From Octopus sinensis (lineage: Eukaryota): a DNA stretch of 64,000 nucleotides. The stretch spans positions 78,492,001-78,556,000 of the forward strand of contig NC_042997.1 of the NCBI RefSeq assembly GCF_006345805.1, read 5' to 3'. Below are positions 12,403 through 25,760 of the stretch, piece after piece (position 1 is the first letter of the stretch; every line of letters begins with the position of its first letter). The translations under genes were made by a program, and so were the position numbers. Below the pieces are notes generated by a model that saw only the letters and a program-made list of their open reading frames with translations, had not been told where the DNA came from and made no database searches.

Positions 12403-13633
12403 CGAGGGGCGTTCAATAAGTAATGCCCCCTGACCCACTTCCCATAGCAGTAGAGCAACGAAACATGGCAGTTATTAGTCTTTTTCTACATATGAACCAC
12501 CCAGAGTTACGCATTTCTCCCATCGTTTGATGTGGCTCTGGAGACCGTTTTTGTAGAAGAACCCAGTTTGGTCCTCCAACCACGACGTGACTTCAGAAAT
12601 CAAGGCTGCATCATCTGGGAAACGCTTTCCTTTCAAAAACAACTTCATGATTGGGAAGAGGTGAAAATCAGAGGGTGCAAGGTCAGGAAAGTAGGGGGGA
12701 TGGGGAGGAGTTCATAGCAATACGCCTGTGCTTCTGATCTGGCGACACGCGAGTTGTGGACCGGAGCGTTGTCCTGCAGGAGGAGGATGCCTTTGCTGAT
12801 CTTGCCCCGCCTCTTGATTTTGATAACTTCTCTTAATTTCCTCAAAAGTGAAGCATGATAGGCTCCAGCAATTGTGGTACCCTTTGCCAGCGGAGGGCTG
12901 CACCCTTGCCTTCTTTGGAGGGGGTGAGTCACGGTGCTTCCACTGCATTGACTGGGATTTGGTCTCTGGATCATCGTGATGGACCCAGGTTTCATCCTGT
13001 GTAATCAGTCTTTTGAAAAATTTTGACTCATCTTCTTGGCACATCTCCAAATTCACCCTCGAGCACTCGACGCGTTCTTGCTTCTGGAAAGGCGTGAGCA
13101 ACTTGGGAATCCATCTGGCAGGCACCTTTTGCATATGCAAATGGTCATGAATGATAGTTTCCACAGACCCGGTACTAATCTTGACCTCATGGGCTATTTG
13201 GCGAATAATTATACGTCGATCTTCCAAAATGGCAGCCTCAACTTGACGGACAGATGCCTCATCAATGGCAGAAGGGGGCGACCAGATCTGGGAGCTGTTT
13301 CCACAGAGTTCCGACCATGTTTGAATTCACGATGCCAGCATTTTACAAGGTCATATGATGGGGCAAAATCACCATAAGTTACTTTCATTTCATCAAAAGT
13401 CTCCCGTGGTGTGCGTCCTTTCAAATACAAAAACCGGATCACTGCTCGACACTCAACATGCTCCATTTCACACTTGACTCGGTTCAAACACCTGTAAATC
13501 AGAAACCACAATTAGTTCGGAGCTGTAATTTGTCACTTACTCTATAGAGATATAAATGATTGCACATGCAAAATTTCAGCTAGATCAAACAACTGCAAGT
13601 GGGTCAGAGGCATTACTTATTGAACGTCCCTCG
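12403..13633 (-). mobile_element. Full-length (1231 bp) mariner element, irritans/Hsmar2-like, with a pseudogenised transposase
   Basis: TIRs CGAGGGGCGTTCAATAAGTAATGCC / GGCATTACTTATTGAACGTCCCTCG flanked by TA; minus-strand ATG at 13466 gives MEHVECRAVIRFL, WIPKLL, ITQDETW, QDNAPVH and P.FPDLAPSDFHLF; frameshifts. Confidence 0.92.
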
Positions 13634-13676
13634 TATATATAATATATATATATGTGTATATATATATATATTATAT

Positions 13677-13728
<52 letters not shown>

Positions 13729-13829
13729 ATAACGGGAAGCTTTATGAAAATAGACAAAAGACGAAGGCAGGTGGAAAACAAACAAACAATTGTAATATAT
13801 ATGTATATATATATATATATATATATAAA

Positions 13830-14342
13830 TCTATATATATAAAACTGTAGTTGTGTGAGTGTCTGTCCCCTTCGATTTAGATTCCTAACTACTCCCACAT
13901 TTTGCGGTGCAGTTTAACCAAATTCGGGTATCTTATAGTCGTGATTCTTATCGAGCCCGTCTGAGTATTAGCGCGCGTCTACGATGAGTCTACGATTTTA
14001 AAAATAATTTAACATCATTTTTTATTCCATTTTAATGCATAATTTTTCGTGTGTCGATGGCGGCAGAGTTGGCGTCCATGGTCACACCTGCACCTGTTTG
14101 CTTCTCCCCCTTCTTCCCTCCCTCGTGAAGCTGTGGGGAAGAGAGTGTAAGGAAATCAACGTCGTAAAGCGTTGTCAAGGAGACCAGCGTTCTTTTAGAA
14201 CAACGACTTCATGGCTTGAAGACACCAAAACAGAAATGGCTAAGAAAGCCCGAATTGGCATCTATAAGAGAAGTAACTCTCTAAAAATGCTTATATAGTT
14301 ATTTCCCTTACAAACCCGAGCAACGCCGGGCGATACTGCTAG
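13830..14342 (+). mobile_element. Non-autonomous Helitron-like element
   Basis: A|TC start and CTAG|T end with hairpin; the last ~70 bp are identical to those of 7523-7915. Confidence 0.75.
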
Positions 14343-14407
<65 letters not shown>

Positions 14408-14449
14408 CATGTGTGTGTGTGTGTGTATTTTTGAATATTGCACTAATAT

Positions 14450-16589
14450 CATTGGTCAACAAAATGATTTTTTTTTAATCTTCGGAGTTGCTGATTGACT
14501 TTTCTGGGTTAAGTTTTGATGCTGATTACGAATCTGAAGTCCGATTTCTTCTATCTGGTCACATTTTCATGTTAATGATACCCGCTGTTTTAACTTAGGA
14601 TCCGTAAAGCATGTCTATATAAAGTATATTGAATACAAGATACGATAATTTCATGGCTTTTTATTGTACAAAATTAAAATTATTGCGTACAAATAAGTTA
14701 GAATACACTCAAATGCATAACAACTTAAAATCTTTGGGATTTGAACTTTCTATGGTGTTTTGTCTCAGGTTCATACATGTATAACATCCAACAGTAGTCA
14801 GCTAACATTCCTGCATTCCAAAATCCTTGATAACGTTGTTCCATCGATGCAATATCTTGATGAAAGCGTCCCTCTTGTTCATCAGACACTGCTCCAAGGT
14901 TCTCTGCAAAAATGTCCAGATGTGAATCAAGGAAATGGATTTTAGCGACATTCAACAGTCCATTGCAGCGTAGGAATCTAGAAGACATTTCACTCCATTT
15001 CTAAATTCTAGAGATCTCTTGTTGCTTGGAAAATTTTCACAGAGCCATTTGAAGGATTCCCAGGCTTTAAGCTCAATCTCATCCAGTTCTGTGAGGAAGT
15101 GGTTGTCCTTCAGGAGTTATTTTATCTGCGGACCCATGAATACGCCCTCCTTCAGTTTTGCCTCGGGGATTTTTGGAAATTTGGCCTTCACATATTCAAA
15201 ACCTTTTGAGCTTTTCCTGGCAAGTGTCTTCACGAATTGTTTCATGAAGCCAAGCTTTATGTGAAGAGGGGTAGGAAGAACATTTTCTGGGTTTAAAAGT
15301 GGCTTACTCTGGACGCTAGAAACTCCTGGCTCATATGATTTTCGCAAAGGCCACTCTGATTGCACATAGTGCTTTTTAGTTGCACAACTGTCCTATGGGC
15401 ATAAAAGCAACAATATTTGGTGAACCTAGATTGCATTCCCATCAACATTCGAATTACTTTCAAGTCTCCACATATTTTTCAGCTGTAGTTTGTATACTTT
15501 ATGGCATTGAGGAGTACTTGCATGTATTCATAACACTCCTTCATGTACACTGAATGTCCTATGGGAATGGATGGTTTCTTATTGCCGTTGCGTAGTAGTA
15601 CTGTTTTGAGGCTTCTCTTAGATGAATCAATGAATAAGCGCCATTCAGCTGGAACATGCTCTTAGAACAAACAGCGAAATAACTCATCAGTGTTATTACT
15701 GAAACAAAGTGGTCCATCAACAGAGAAGCATGAAGTCAGACCCCTATTTCTCTTCCTGAAATGAGTAATACAAACGTCTTTCTTAAGCAGACACTTTTCT
15801 TGTAGGCTAATAGTTCAGCTTTATCCTTCGACAATGACAAGTATGTAACTAAATCATTTAACTCTCCTTGAGAAAATTTCTGTGGTACGTCTTCATTTTC
15901 AATAGTGAAATCTGCACCCACTTCGGTGTCTTCGACAGCAGTAATATTTTCTTCAGGAAATACATCTTCGTCAGACATCTGGAGGCCATTTTGTGGTGGT
16001 ATTGGAATAGGAAGATCATCATCGTTGTGTGGTACTGGTCTTCTTGCTGATTCCAAGTTGGGATACACAATCTTATGCTTGGTCTTTACAGTAAACCCAC
16101 ATACATTAACGTTGCAGAAATAACAGTCCAATAAATGATCCTTTGGCTCTCTCCATATCATAGGCATTGCAAACAGCATTGCTCACTTCCACTTATTTAG
16201 CCAATCCCTTCGTCCATTTGAACAAACTGAGCAGATGGAGTGCGGGGCCCAACTCTTATCTTGTTCCCCGAGAGAGCAGCCAAAGTATAACTGGCAGATA
16301 TTCTTGATTTCACTTGATGGCACATTGCTGAGCTTTGGCGGTAAATGAACCACGGACATGACAAAATATATCAGGACTGTTCTTCCAATGCCTTGACAAA
16401 GTCAGAATTTACCTGTATAAGACGTTTATGTATAGAGATACTGCTGATGGGAGTTATATACCTCTCTTATCCCATCAGAAAAACTGTGCCTGATAGAAGG
16501 AAACCGATTACATTTTTTGCAATCTGCGGATAAAACTACATATAAAACACTATATAATATCTCTGATGAAAATTGACTGTTGACCAGTG
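14450..16589 (-). mobile_element. Chapaev3-like (CMC superfamily) DNA transposon, near full length, pseudogenised
   Basis: Termini CA(T)TGGTCAACA..TGTTGACCAGTG; minus-strand peptides KNSPDIFCHV, EQDKSWAPH, MPMIWREPKDHLLDCYFC, PTPLHIKLGFMKQFVK, KLKEGVFMGPQI and HFLDSHLDIFAENLGAVSDEQ..MLADYCW. Family name recalled from memory. Confidence 0.75.
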
Positions 16590-17101
16590 AATTTAATGTT
16601 TGTGCGTGCAAAACATGGAATTACACAGAATATTGGACTTGATTATACAAGTGTAAAGGAATAGGCAATGAATTGACCACATGAAACTGAAAGAAACCTC
16701 TCTATCTATCAATCTGTCCATTTATCTGTCTGTCTGTTTATCTATATGTCTGTCTGTCCGTCTATCTATCTATCTATCTATCTCGTCTTTCCCCATCCTT
16801 TATTACTTTTTCTGCTTTTTCTTCATTGTCCTGAAACCTCTTTCTCTCTCTCCCTCTCTCTCTCTCACTGTCCATTTTCACTTTCTCCCCCTCTCCCGTC
16901 CCCGTAAAACCTACAAAACAAAAACAATATCCTCCTCTTCTAAAAAAAGCATTTACATGAACAACAAAACGTTCTGTTTTTATCATTTTGATTTTGATTT
17001 TGTCTTGACGAGTTCGAAAAACGAACAAAAGCGCTAATAAAAAATTATCCAAAATTCTGAGTGCCTCCTTTTTCTCAATATACAATACCTGTACAATACT
17101 T

Positions 17102-17154
<53 letters not shown>

Positions 17155-17273
17155 ATATTATATATATATATATATATATATTATATTATATATATAATGT
17201 GTTTTGAATGGCACAACCATGCACTATAGTAACAACAATGTACTATAACTTATAATTTAATCATCCATAGTCT

Positions 17274-17315
17274 GATATAATATTTCGGAATATAAAAATT
17301 CCTTTTTCAGATATG
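17274..17315 (-). ncRNA. Minimal hammerhead motif with a core mutation (CUGAAAA, G8A)
   Basis: Minus strand CATAT-CTGAAAA-A-GG..CC-GAA-ATAT-T-ATATC. Confidence 0.55.
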
Positions 17316-17985
17316 CCTAGGAATTGATCGAGTCACTGCTATAATCGGTTTTCCAACGGATTTTTCTTCCGGAAGCGTTTCTGCAGTGGTTTCACGAAGC
17401 TCCTTCCGGAATTCCTCATAAGAAGTGCGTGAGGGCGGACATACAGAACACAATGTAACAAATGCAACAAGTTCTCTGTAGGTAGCACAACAACACCGTT
17501 ACACGTCCGCATTAAAGAACATCTGAACGCGAGAGCCTCCTCCTCCTTCAGAAAACATTTAGACAGATGCCGGAACACCGACAAAAGCATAACAGTCGCA
17601 ATTGAGGCCAATGAAAGAAATTTGGGCAATCTATGAATTAAGGAAGCTATCCTCATAGACAGACTAGGGCCCCAAATTAACAACAGGTTGGAGGTTGGCA
17701 GTCAATACACTATTTAGCTACATCGAGATGCGTGTAGGTTCATTTTTGATAACATGCTTATGTATTATTTATTTTAAAAAAAGCAAAAAAGAAAGGAGAA
17801 AAAACAAGGAAACTGCACGTATAATATATAACTTGAAGCAGCGCTACGGACGTGCCAGTACATGGCCGACCTCACACACTTCTCGAGGAATTCCGGAAGG
17901 AGCTTCGTGAGACCACAGCAGAGACTCTTCCGGACAAAAAGCCGCTGGAAAACCTATTATAGCAGTGACTCGATCAATTCCTAGC

Positions 17986-18027
17986 GATATCTGAAGGAGG
18001 AATTTTTATATACCGAAATATTACATC
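17986..18027 (+). ncRNA. Minimal hammerhead motif with a core mutation (CUGAAGG, A9G)
   Basis: GATAT-CTGAAGG-A-GG..CC-GAA-ATAT-T-ACATC. Confidence 0.55.
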
Positions 18028-19835
18028 AGACTACGGATGATTAAATTACATCAGTTATTATTATTGTCCATTGTTGTTACTATAGTGCATGGTTGTGCCA
18101 TTCAAAACATTATTTTTTACAAACAATACACAATGCTTCAAGCTCTCCTATATATATATACTCTCTTATATATATATGTGTGTGTGTGTGTGTGTTTGTG
18201 TGTGTATGTATGTATGTATGTATGTATGTATGTATGTATGTATGTATGTATGTATGTATGTATGTATGTATGTATGTGTAAAGCTAAATCTGTATCACCA
18301 AGAGTAATCTTTGTCTTTAATGCTATAAACTACTTCACCACTGATCAGTTGCTAACTGCCAGCAAAGCTCAAAAGTGACACTGGAATATTACTACGGTAT
18401 CTGGGAGGGTATTGCACACGCAAACAAACCCCGTCAAAAGCCATCCACCAGATTGGAAAAGCTCACCAATCCGTATATCATGGCATCAGTCTGTTACCAC
18501 ACACCAACAGTACACCTGTAAAACACTGAATATTTAAAATACTACAAATGCTTTATGAATTCAAAATACTTGATGATCTGTCACGGTAACTGCGTATTTT
18601 CAAAACTGTACGCCTAAATCTCAGATTCTTCTTTAAAGCTATAAAACATTTTATCTTAGGTTTCTGTCTCAAAAATCCTCAACTAAAATCTACTTTGGAG
18701 TACTGATCCGATATCAGAGAATGATGCTGTTGCTAGAGTCACAAGCATTCTAGATCGCATCTTGAAGTTGCTGCCAACTGAATAATTGGCAAATATTCAC
18801 CAGATATAACTATTAACTTATAGACATAATGTTTCTTCCTGCTTCAGCTCTCGTTACTTACACCACGACTACAGCTAGCTACAAGTATACCCTCTGCACC
18901 CAGACAGATATCTCCTACCACCATCTCCATGTGTGTCATCCACGGATACCACGCTATTCCCATAACTGAGCTCTTCTTTCTGTGAAATGTAACCATCTCC
19001 GGATGCTGTCTTTGCAGATACTGACTTTGCCTACATATACTCATATACAAAATTTCAAACTGAATCGACCTTACAATTCTAGTTGCACATGTATTTTTCT
19101 TTAGCCGCAGGTTAGTCCAGATTGAAATGTATAAATGGTATTCCAGCCATGCATAGCGTTTTTCTTTATGTTATAGAACTACATGAGATATCACCCCATT
19201 TCTAAACTGATAGAATATTATTTCAGCTAGATTTGGCAGGTATTTCTCTGAGGGTTTCAAAAGCCTGTGATGCGTCTATCATGAACACCGATGTTTTATT
19301 ATTTCTAATAAAATTACACCTATTGACACTTTCCCTACTGTAAACGTAGCTCCTAATATTAGAAGTAGCACTCATAATAGACAGTACTAGTGTTGTCATT
19401 GCCACTTCACACAATGAACCTAATTCATCATTGCGATTTTCATGGCGAAGCACTTTATGTAATTCGAAAATGACATTGAAAGAATTTTCAACGTCAAAGT
19501 GTGTGTCTGTTTCTCATAAAAAATTAGTGATATGTAATAAAGCCGGATATAATATTTACGTCCATTTTTAACTCCAGCATTCATTGAATGGTTTGCATTT
19601 TTGTCGGAAGCATCTACACAGGCAAACGCACGCATTCACACAAATATGAGTATATACACAAACACACACATTTCTCCTACTGCCATCCCTGATGTATCTT
19701 CATTCCCGGATACTGCGCATAACACATAACTCTATTTTTCTTTCGGTGAAATGCAACCATCTGGAAATATATATACATACACACATACACACACACACCA
19801 CACACACACACACGCACACACACACACACACACAC

Positions 19836-19893
<58 letters not shown>

Positions 19894-20076
19894 TATATAT
19901 ATATAATATATATATATATCAAAATAAGCAACAAGGATATCCTTGATGCTTATTTTGATTTTAATCACCTTATTTTGAAATTGTATGGATAATGCCATAC
20001 TAAATTCCGGTGCGTCAACTTAAGTACCATATTCATCTGAATCTAAATTATATATATATATATATATTATATATAC

Positions 20077-20482
20077 AGGTGCAGGCGTGGCTGTGTGGTA
20101 AGGAGCTTGCTTCCCAACCACATGCTTCTGGGTTCAGTTCCACTGTATGGCACCTGGGATAAGTGTTTACTACTATTGCCTCGGACCGACCACGGTCTTG
20201 GGGGTGGATTTGGTAGACAGAAGGAGATGTACGCTTGTGTATATATATATATCTTTGTTTGTGCGTCTTTGTGTGTGTGATTGTCCCCCATCACCGCTTG
20301 ACAACTGGTTCGGTGTGTTTACGTTCCTGTAACTTAGCGGCTCAGCAAAAAAAACTAATGGAATAAGTAAAAGGCTTTAAAAAATATGTCCTAGGGTTGA
20401 TTTGTTCGACTAAAATCCTTCAAGCCGGTGGTCCAGCAGGGCCGCAGAAACATGATTGAAACAAGTAGAAGAATAAAAGAAT
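20077..20482 (+). mobile_element. tRNA-derived SINE (same family as 8260-8643)
   Basis: Head GCAGGCGTGGCTGTGTGGTAAG..GGTTCAGTTCC and the matching tail. Confidence 0.8.
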
Positions 20483-20679
20483 ATATATATATATAGGGAG
20501 AATTCACAAAGAAACAAAAGACGAAGACAGGTGGTGTAGACAGCAAGCAGATGTATTAGTTTAACGCTCGGGAAGTGAAACAGTCTTTAACATTTCGAGC
20601 CTACGCTCATACATACATACATACATACATACATACATACATACATACATACATACATACATACATACATACATACATA

Positions 20680-21369
20680 GGAGAAGTTTAGGTATCCAGA
20701 AGATTCAAAATGGCAGGTAATGCTACGTAAGCGCTACGGAGAGACCGTAGATAGTCTCCCTGTTCGATAATAGTATGAGTGAGGAGTCTAATGCGGGTCC
20801 TGTGTGAGCATTTATATGTTAAATAAGGTGAGACAACAAAGCCAAGGCATCGTGAAATTTCTAAGACATTTATATAGAGAAAGGTAGTCTTAATGCTGTT
20901 CCAGGGATATGAAGGATATCCCATCAAAAGAGTCCTTATGAGAGAGTTAAATAGAAGGGAATAGTAGAGTTCAATATAAGAAGTTAATTTGGAAAGTGAG
21001 AGATATAGGAATTATAAAGGGAAATATGAGAATAAAAATAAAAATATATGTTGCTGTTCCATTATCTAAGGAAAGTGTTGTGTAGAAAGGTAGAGCAGCT
21101 GCTTGTCCACGGGATGTAAATTCCGATAGGAGTTCAAATTTTGTTATTATAAATGGATGGTATGGAGACATTAACTTCATGTGCTATTCATGTGCTATTC
21201 ATTAACTTCATGTGCTATTCATGTGCTATTCATGTGCTATTCATTGTAGTGTGAATGAAAGTTTGAGAAAGTATAGGTAGAGATAGAGACAAGAGAATAT
21301 GTACGTAAGTTAGAAGGAGGAAGATGATATTGGTCAAAAAGAATGGAGGAGTAAAGAAAGAAAGAAGGA

Positions 21370-21409
<40 letters not shown>

Positions 21410-21750
21410 CAGAAAGAGGAAGGGAAAATAAAAATTGGAGCGCTAGATAGTGGTCAATATATTGTGAGGGGGAATGGAGAGGTGTTTTATCAGTAGATGA
21501 AAGGAATAGAGGGGTAGAAGGAAGAGATAAGAATGTAAGGAAGGTATGTGTATAAGAAGTGAGAGGTGGGATGATATGTTTGAAAGGTGCTAAGGTGGAG
21601 ATAGCGGTAAAGAAAATGATACGGCGGTGTACTAAAAGTGAGGCGTAAACCTCAGAAAGGAAAGGAGGAAAAATAAGATGTAATATATTAGACGTAAGCA
21701 TTAATTGTACTAGATAAAGTGATGGTGGGGGCTGATGAATCAGTGCGAGA
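20680..21750 (-). mobile_element. Unclassified purine-skewed repeat remnant (possible PLE UTR) containing an 11-bp tandem repeat at 21176-21243
   Basis: Strand skew like 9880-10650; (CATGTGCTATT)n; (AAAG)n at 21355-21410. Confidence 0.35.
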
Positions 21751-21774
21751 AAGAAAAATATGTATATACGTACA

Positions 21775-22045
21775 CGCTTACACTCATTCTTTTATTCTTT
21801 TATTTATTTCAGTCATTTAACTGCGGCCATGCTGGACCACTGCCTATTTAGTCGAACAAATCGATCCCAGGAGTTATTCTTTGTAAGCCTCATATTTATT
21901 CTATCGGTCAATTTTGCCGAACCGCTAAGTTACGGGGACGTAAATCCACCCAAATCGGTTGTCAAGCGATGATGGGGGACAAACACAAGCACACAAACAT
22001 ATACACACAAACACACACACACATATATACGACGTGCTTCTTTCG
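21775..22045 (-). mobile_element. SINE, tail half
   Basis: Matches the 8260-8450 tail sequence. Confidence 0.8.
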
Positions 22046-22262
22046 CAGTATTACATAAACCCGAATACTTATGTACCTATACACATACGCATACATGTAT
22101 ATAAATATCTGGCTGTTATTTTCAACATGGCGGTATCTCGTAGACACCCTAAATTTGAAGGTTTTTATTTCCATGCTAGCCACTTGATAAAATCGTTATT
22201 TAATTTAAAATAACGATCTTATCCTTATATATATATATTATATATATATATATATATATAAT

Positions 22263-22306
<44 letters not shown>

Positions 22307-22469
22307 GTGTATGTGTGTGTTTGTAAATGTATGTTTTATTAAACGATCAAAAATTTAAGATTAAAATTGAAAAATTGAAAAGTCAAATAAGATTGTTGGA
22401 GATCACCTAAGGGGTATTCGGTATATATACTGAGTGGGGATTCAGGCTGAATTTAGATTTGTCGTAAAA

Positions 22470-22720
22470 TTTGAAAGTATGTAAAAACGGTGGTTGCATG
22501 TACCTAGGGGCTCATTATACTTATTTAGTAGTTTTGAAGAGTTACATTTTAATATTCGGAATGCTTCTTTTATGCATAACTTACAGGCTGAGTGTTGACC
22601 CTGTTATGGAAGACCTGAATCTATTATGGACCATGATAAGTTAGATGGAGTATTCCTATTTTTGAGATTATGTATGTGACTGGCGAGTGTTTGCATCCAC
22701 TACAGTATTGAAATAACGAC
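22470..22720 (-). mobile_element. PLE GIY-YIG C-terminal fragment
   Basis: Minus-strand peptide LASHIHNLKNRNTPSNLSWSII...ACKLCIKEAFRILK..LLNKYNEPLGTCNH. Confidence 0.7.
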
Positions 22721-22780
22721 AGACTACACTAGTAAGCACTTAAACTATAGATTGCCCCTTTTTAGACACATAACTCTGAC

Positions 22781-23360
22781 TAGAAACGAAGAAAGGTAAG
22801 GTCCAGATCCTTCACTCTCGTTATGCCAAACCCATGGCCTCTAAGAACGCAGCGATTGTGGACAACGCCATGTTCAACATTCTTATAGCTGACTTGATGA
22901 GAGTGATGAGGAATGTGTCTCGCATATGCGACCCTATAGAATCGGAAAGACACATACAACACTTCATTCACTGCATGTAGTTCCCTGGCTACAACCAAAG
23001 GGACAGGATTAGAATGTACAAAGCGAGGACTAAGTACAAAGCCATCATAGAGAGTGATGCTAAAGGTATCTGCCCGCTGCACAGAAGTAAATCCTAGAAC
23101 AGCACCGAAAGGACCAGTAATAAGGCAAATAAGGCCAACACTTGGTATGACAACAAAAAATTACCAGAGCGTCATGTTCATCGATGCTACCCCAGGCAGC
23201 GAACTAGCATACCTTTTCAGAAAAACATTAGGTAAGGCTAGACTATGGATTAAAGCAGTAGAAAGGCTTGGTGCTTCTATAAAATGCCTGATCTGTAGTA
23301 CCTATCCCTCTGATAAGTCCTCTTGTATTTCTTCTGAACTTTGTATATTGAAAAATTAGT
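22781..23360 (+). mobile_element. PLE RT thumb/linker fragment
   Basis: ILHSRYAKPMAS..ILIADLMRVMRNVS..HIQHFIHCM*FPGY..PLHRSK, then SVMFIDATPGSELA..IKAVERLGASIK. Confidence 0.7.
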
Positions 23361-23507
23361 ATTATTGTATAGAAGTAAATTTCTTGCTTGCCCTTTGTAA
23401 CTCCCCCCTTTCTGGTGATAAGTTTAACATCTGTATTTATATCTATTTTGTTTTCAAATCTATTATAACATAGGGTCTTGTAATTTACGTCTATACAGCC
23501 ACAGTAC

Positions 23508-24575
23508 TCTACATATATATATATATATAAAACTCAACTTGTGTGTCTGTGTGTGTATCTGTGTGTGTATCTGTGTGTGTGTCTGCGTGTTTAACTTCCC
23601 GGCACATCTCCTAGCCAACAAATCGTAGAACCACCAAAAATGGGTCACTTAAAGTTTAGGCGAATGTAAATTGACTGCGCTATTTCTGTTCCGAAATTCA
23701 TCTCGCAAGTGCAAAAATCAATAATGTATTTGTTTAGGCCTTATCCCATGCATTGAATAGTGAACTTTACTCAGTCAGCTGTTTGACGTGAACTGTGTTC
23801 ACCACGCGTGCAAGCATGCGTAAATTGCACGAAAAATAAAAAATCAAGATATAAAAAGGAATCGCAGTAAACATTGTAGAAATTCGGCAAAGAAATGAAT
23901 TTTTAGGATGTAGCCTGAAGGGTTTTTTCGTATTAATCGTTTGGACTTTGCGAACACATACCAATTGTTTTCATAACATTTTTAACGCTTTGAATTAAAT
24001 GTGACCATTTTGTGTTGAGTCTGCAGTTTGAATCACTTTAACCAAATTTTAGCAGGCCGGATTTTTGATCATCACGATACATCGCCAGCGACTCACTGAA
24101 ACTCTCCCCTGAAATCCCCGTTGAGAAATCTATATATATAAAACTCAATTTGTGTGTCTGTGTGTGTATCTGTGTGTGTGTCTGTGTGTATATCTGTGTG
24201 TGTGTCTGTGTGTTTAACTTTAGGATCTACCAAGTTTCATTATTAAGGATGGAAAGTAGTGTGTAGCAAATCTATATATATATAGAGACCCTGCAGCGCA
24301 AGTTGACCAAAATTGAGAGTATGATAGAAGGTTTGCTCTTCATTCTGTAGAAAATAAAATTCAAATCGGACCATGTTAACACCAAAAATTATTTGCATCA
24401 AAAAGGTGCTTATTTTTCTATGAAAATCCCTATTTTTTACGTTTTTTGACTGCTGTGTCACCATTTTTCGGTGTATTTCAACTGGAAAAATGTTCACTTG
24501 AAGAGAATAACTTTTCAAAAATTCCAATTTTAAAGGGTCGAAACAAATCCAAGCAACGCCGGGTGATACTGCTAG
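23508..24575 (+). mobile_element. Two adjacent Helitron-like units (3'-truncated 23508-24128; 24129-24575 with a 3' end)
   Basis: Repeated 5' motif ATATAAAACTCAA(C/T)TTGTGTGTC(TGTG)n; 3' hairpin CCAAGCAACGCCGGG..CTGCTAG|T. Confidence 0.7.
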
Positions 24576-25760
24576 TATATATACTTCCTTTCGCCTCCTG
24601 CTTTCAAGCTGAAAGGACGTGTTCCCTTGCGCTGCTACTTCAACATCCTGGTCTTGCCAAACAAAGGCCTTTTCGTTTTGTTTTTCTCGTTTGTTTTCGT
24701 CTTTTGATTTCTCGTATTGTATTTTCATTTTATTTCTCGTTTTGTATTTTCTTGTACGTGTATCTTTATCTTGTATATTTTTTTTTTTTTTGCATTTGTA
24801 TCGTTTTTACGTCCTGTTTTTGTCACATGTTTTTCTTGTCTGTTTTTGCCCCTATGCGAGGCAATTTTATTTTAATTCTCTCGCAATGAAGAACTAGTTG
24901 ACGAGTCGTGTCCTGTTTTATCCTTCGAAACACGCTTGAGTTAGCTAAAGAAAGCTGATGAACTGGGGATTTTTCCTGTGTGGTTTGTCCTGTACCTTGT
25001 TTTTCTGTTGTAAAAAATAAAGTTTTTCCCATTTTCGTTTCGTCTCTGTTCTTTTGTTGTAAAAATATGGCTTGTCCGTTTCGTTTTTCGTTGAGTTCTA
25101 CGTCTAGTTGCAGTGTCCTGTACTCACGTATATATATTTATATATGCATGTATATATACATGTAGATGTAGGTACGTACATATATGTTTGTATGCATGCA
25201 TATATTTTATTTATTACATTATTGTCTGACAGCGCATAAATTTTAGTTTTTAATCACAATATTTATTGATAGTAATTTAGTTATTATTTTTAAATATTTT
25301 ATAATTATTAGATGTGTACTTAAATCTAAAATATGAATAACGAATATTTAGTTAAATAATTTGGTAATTAAATTTTTGGACTATAACTGAGTTATGGATA
25401 TTTGTGAGTTTATTGTGTTTTTTTAAGCCATATTATATATTCATAAATATCTCTAATAGTTGACTTTGTTCTATTATAGCTATTTTCAATTGATAATTGT
25501 AGTAGTATTTTTCATTGATAAAATATATTCGTAGTTTTCATTGTTAAAGAATTTTCCATTTGTTTATTATTAGTTTAGTTAATGACACGATTTTTGAAAA
25601 ATAAGTAAACCTTTTTATTAAATATATTTTAATATTTTAATAATTTAGTCGTTAAAGTTTCTAGTTTGATAATAGAGTTTTTTATAAGAAAAATTATTAT
25701 TTTATTTATTTCTTTAAAAATATTGTTTAAATATATTTGCTTATTTATTTAACTATTATC

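Larger units (their letters stand above)
17200..18109. mobile_element. PLE remnant: GIY-YIG fragment (about 17450-17700, +) between ~240-bp inverted arms
   Basis: Arms 17200-17438 and 17866-18109; interior QCNKCNKFSVGSTTTPLHVRIKEHLN...IKEAILIDRLGPQINN. Confidence 0.85.

Noticed and set aside
24885-24945. TTGACGA..GAAACACGC..AGTT hammerhead-like remnant after a pyrimidine-rich tract
   Set aside because: The core, helix III and cleavage triplet are all degenerate; cannot be supported beyond a possible fossil
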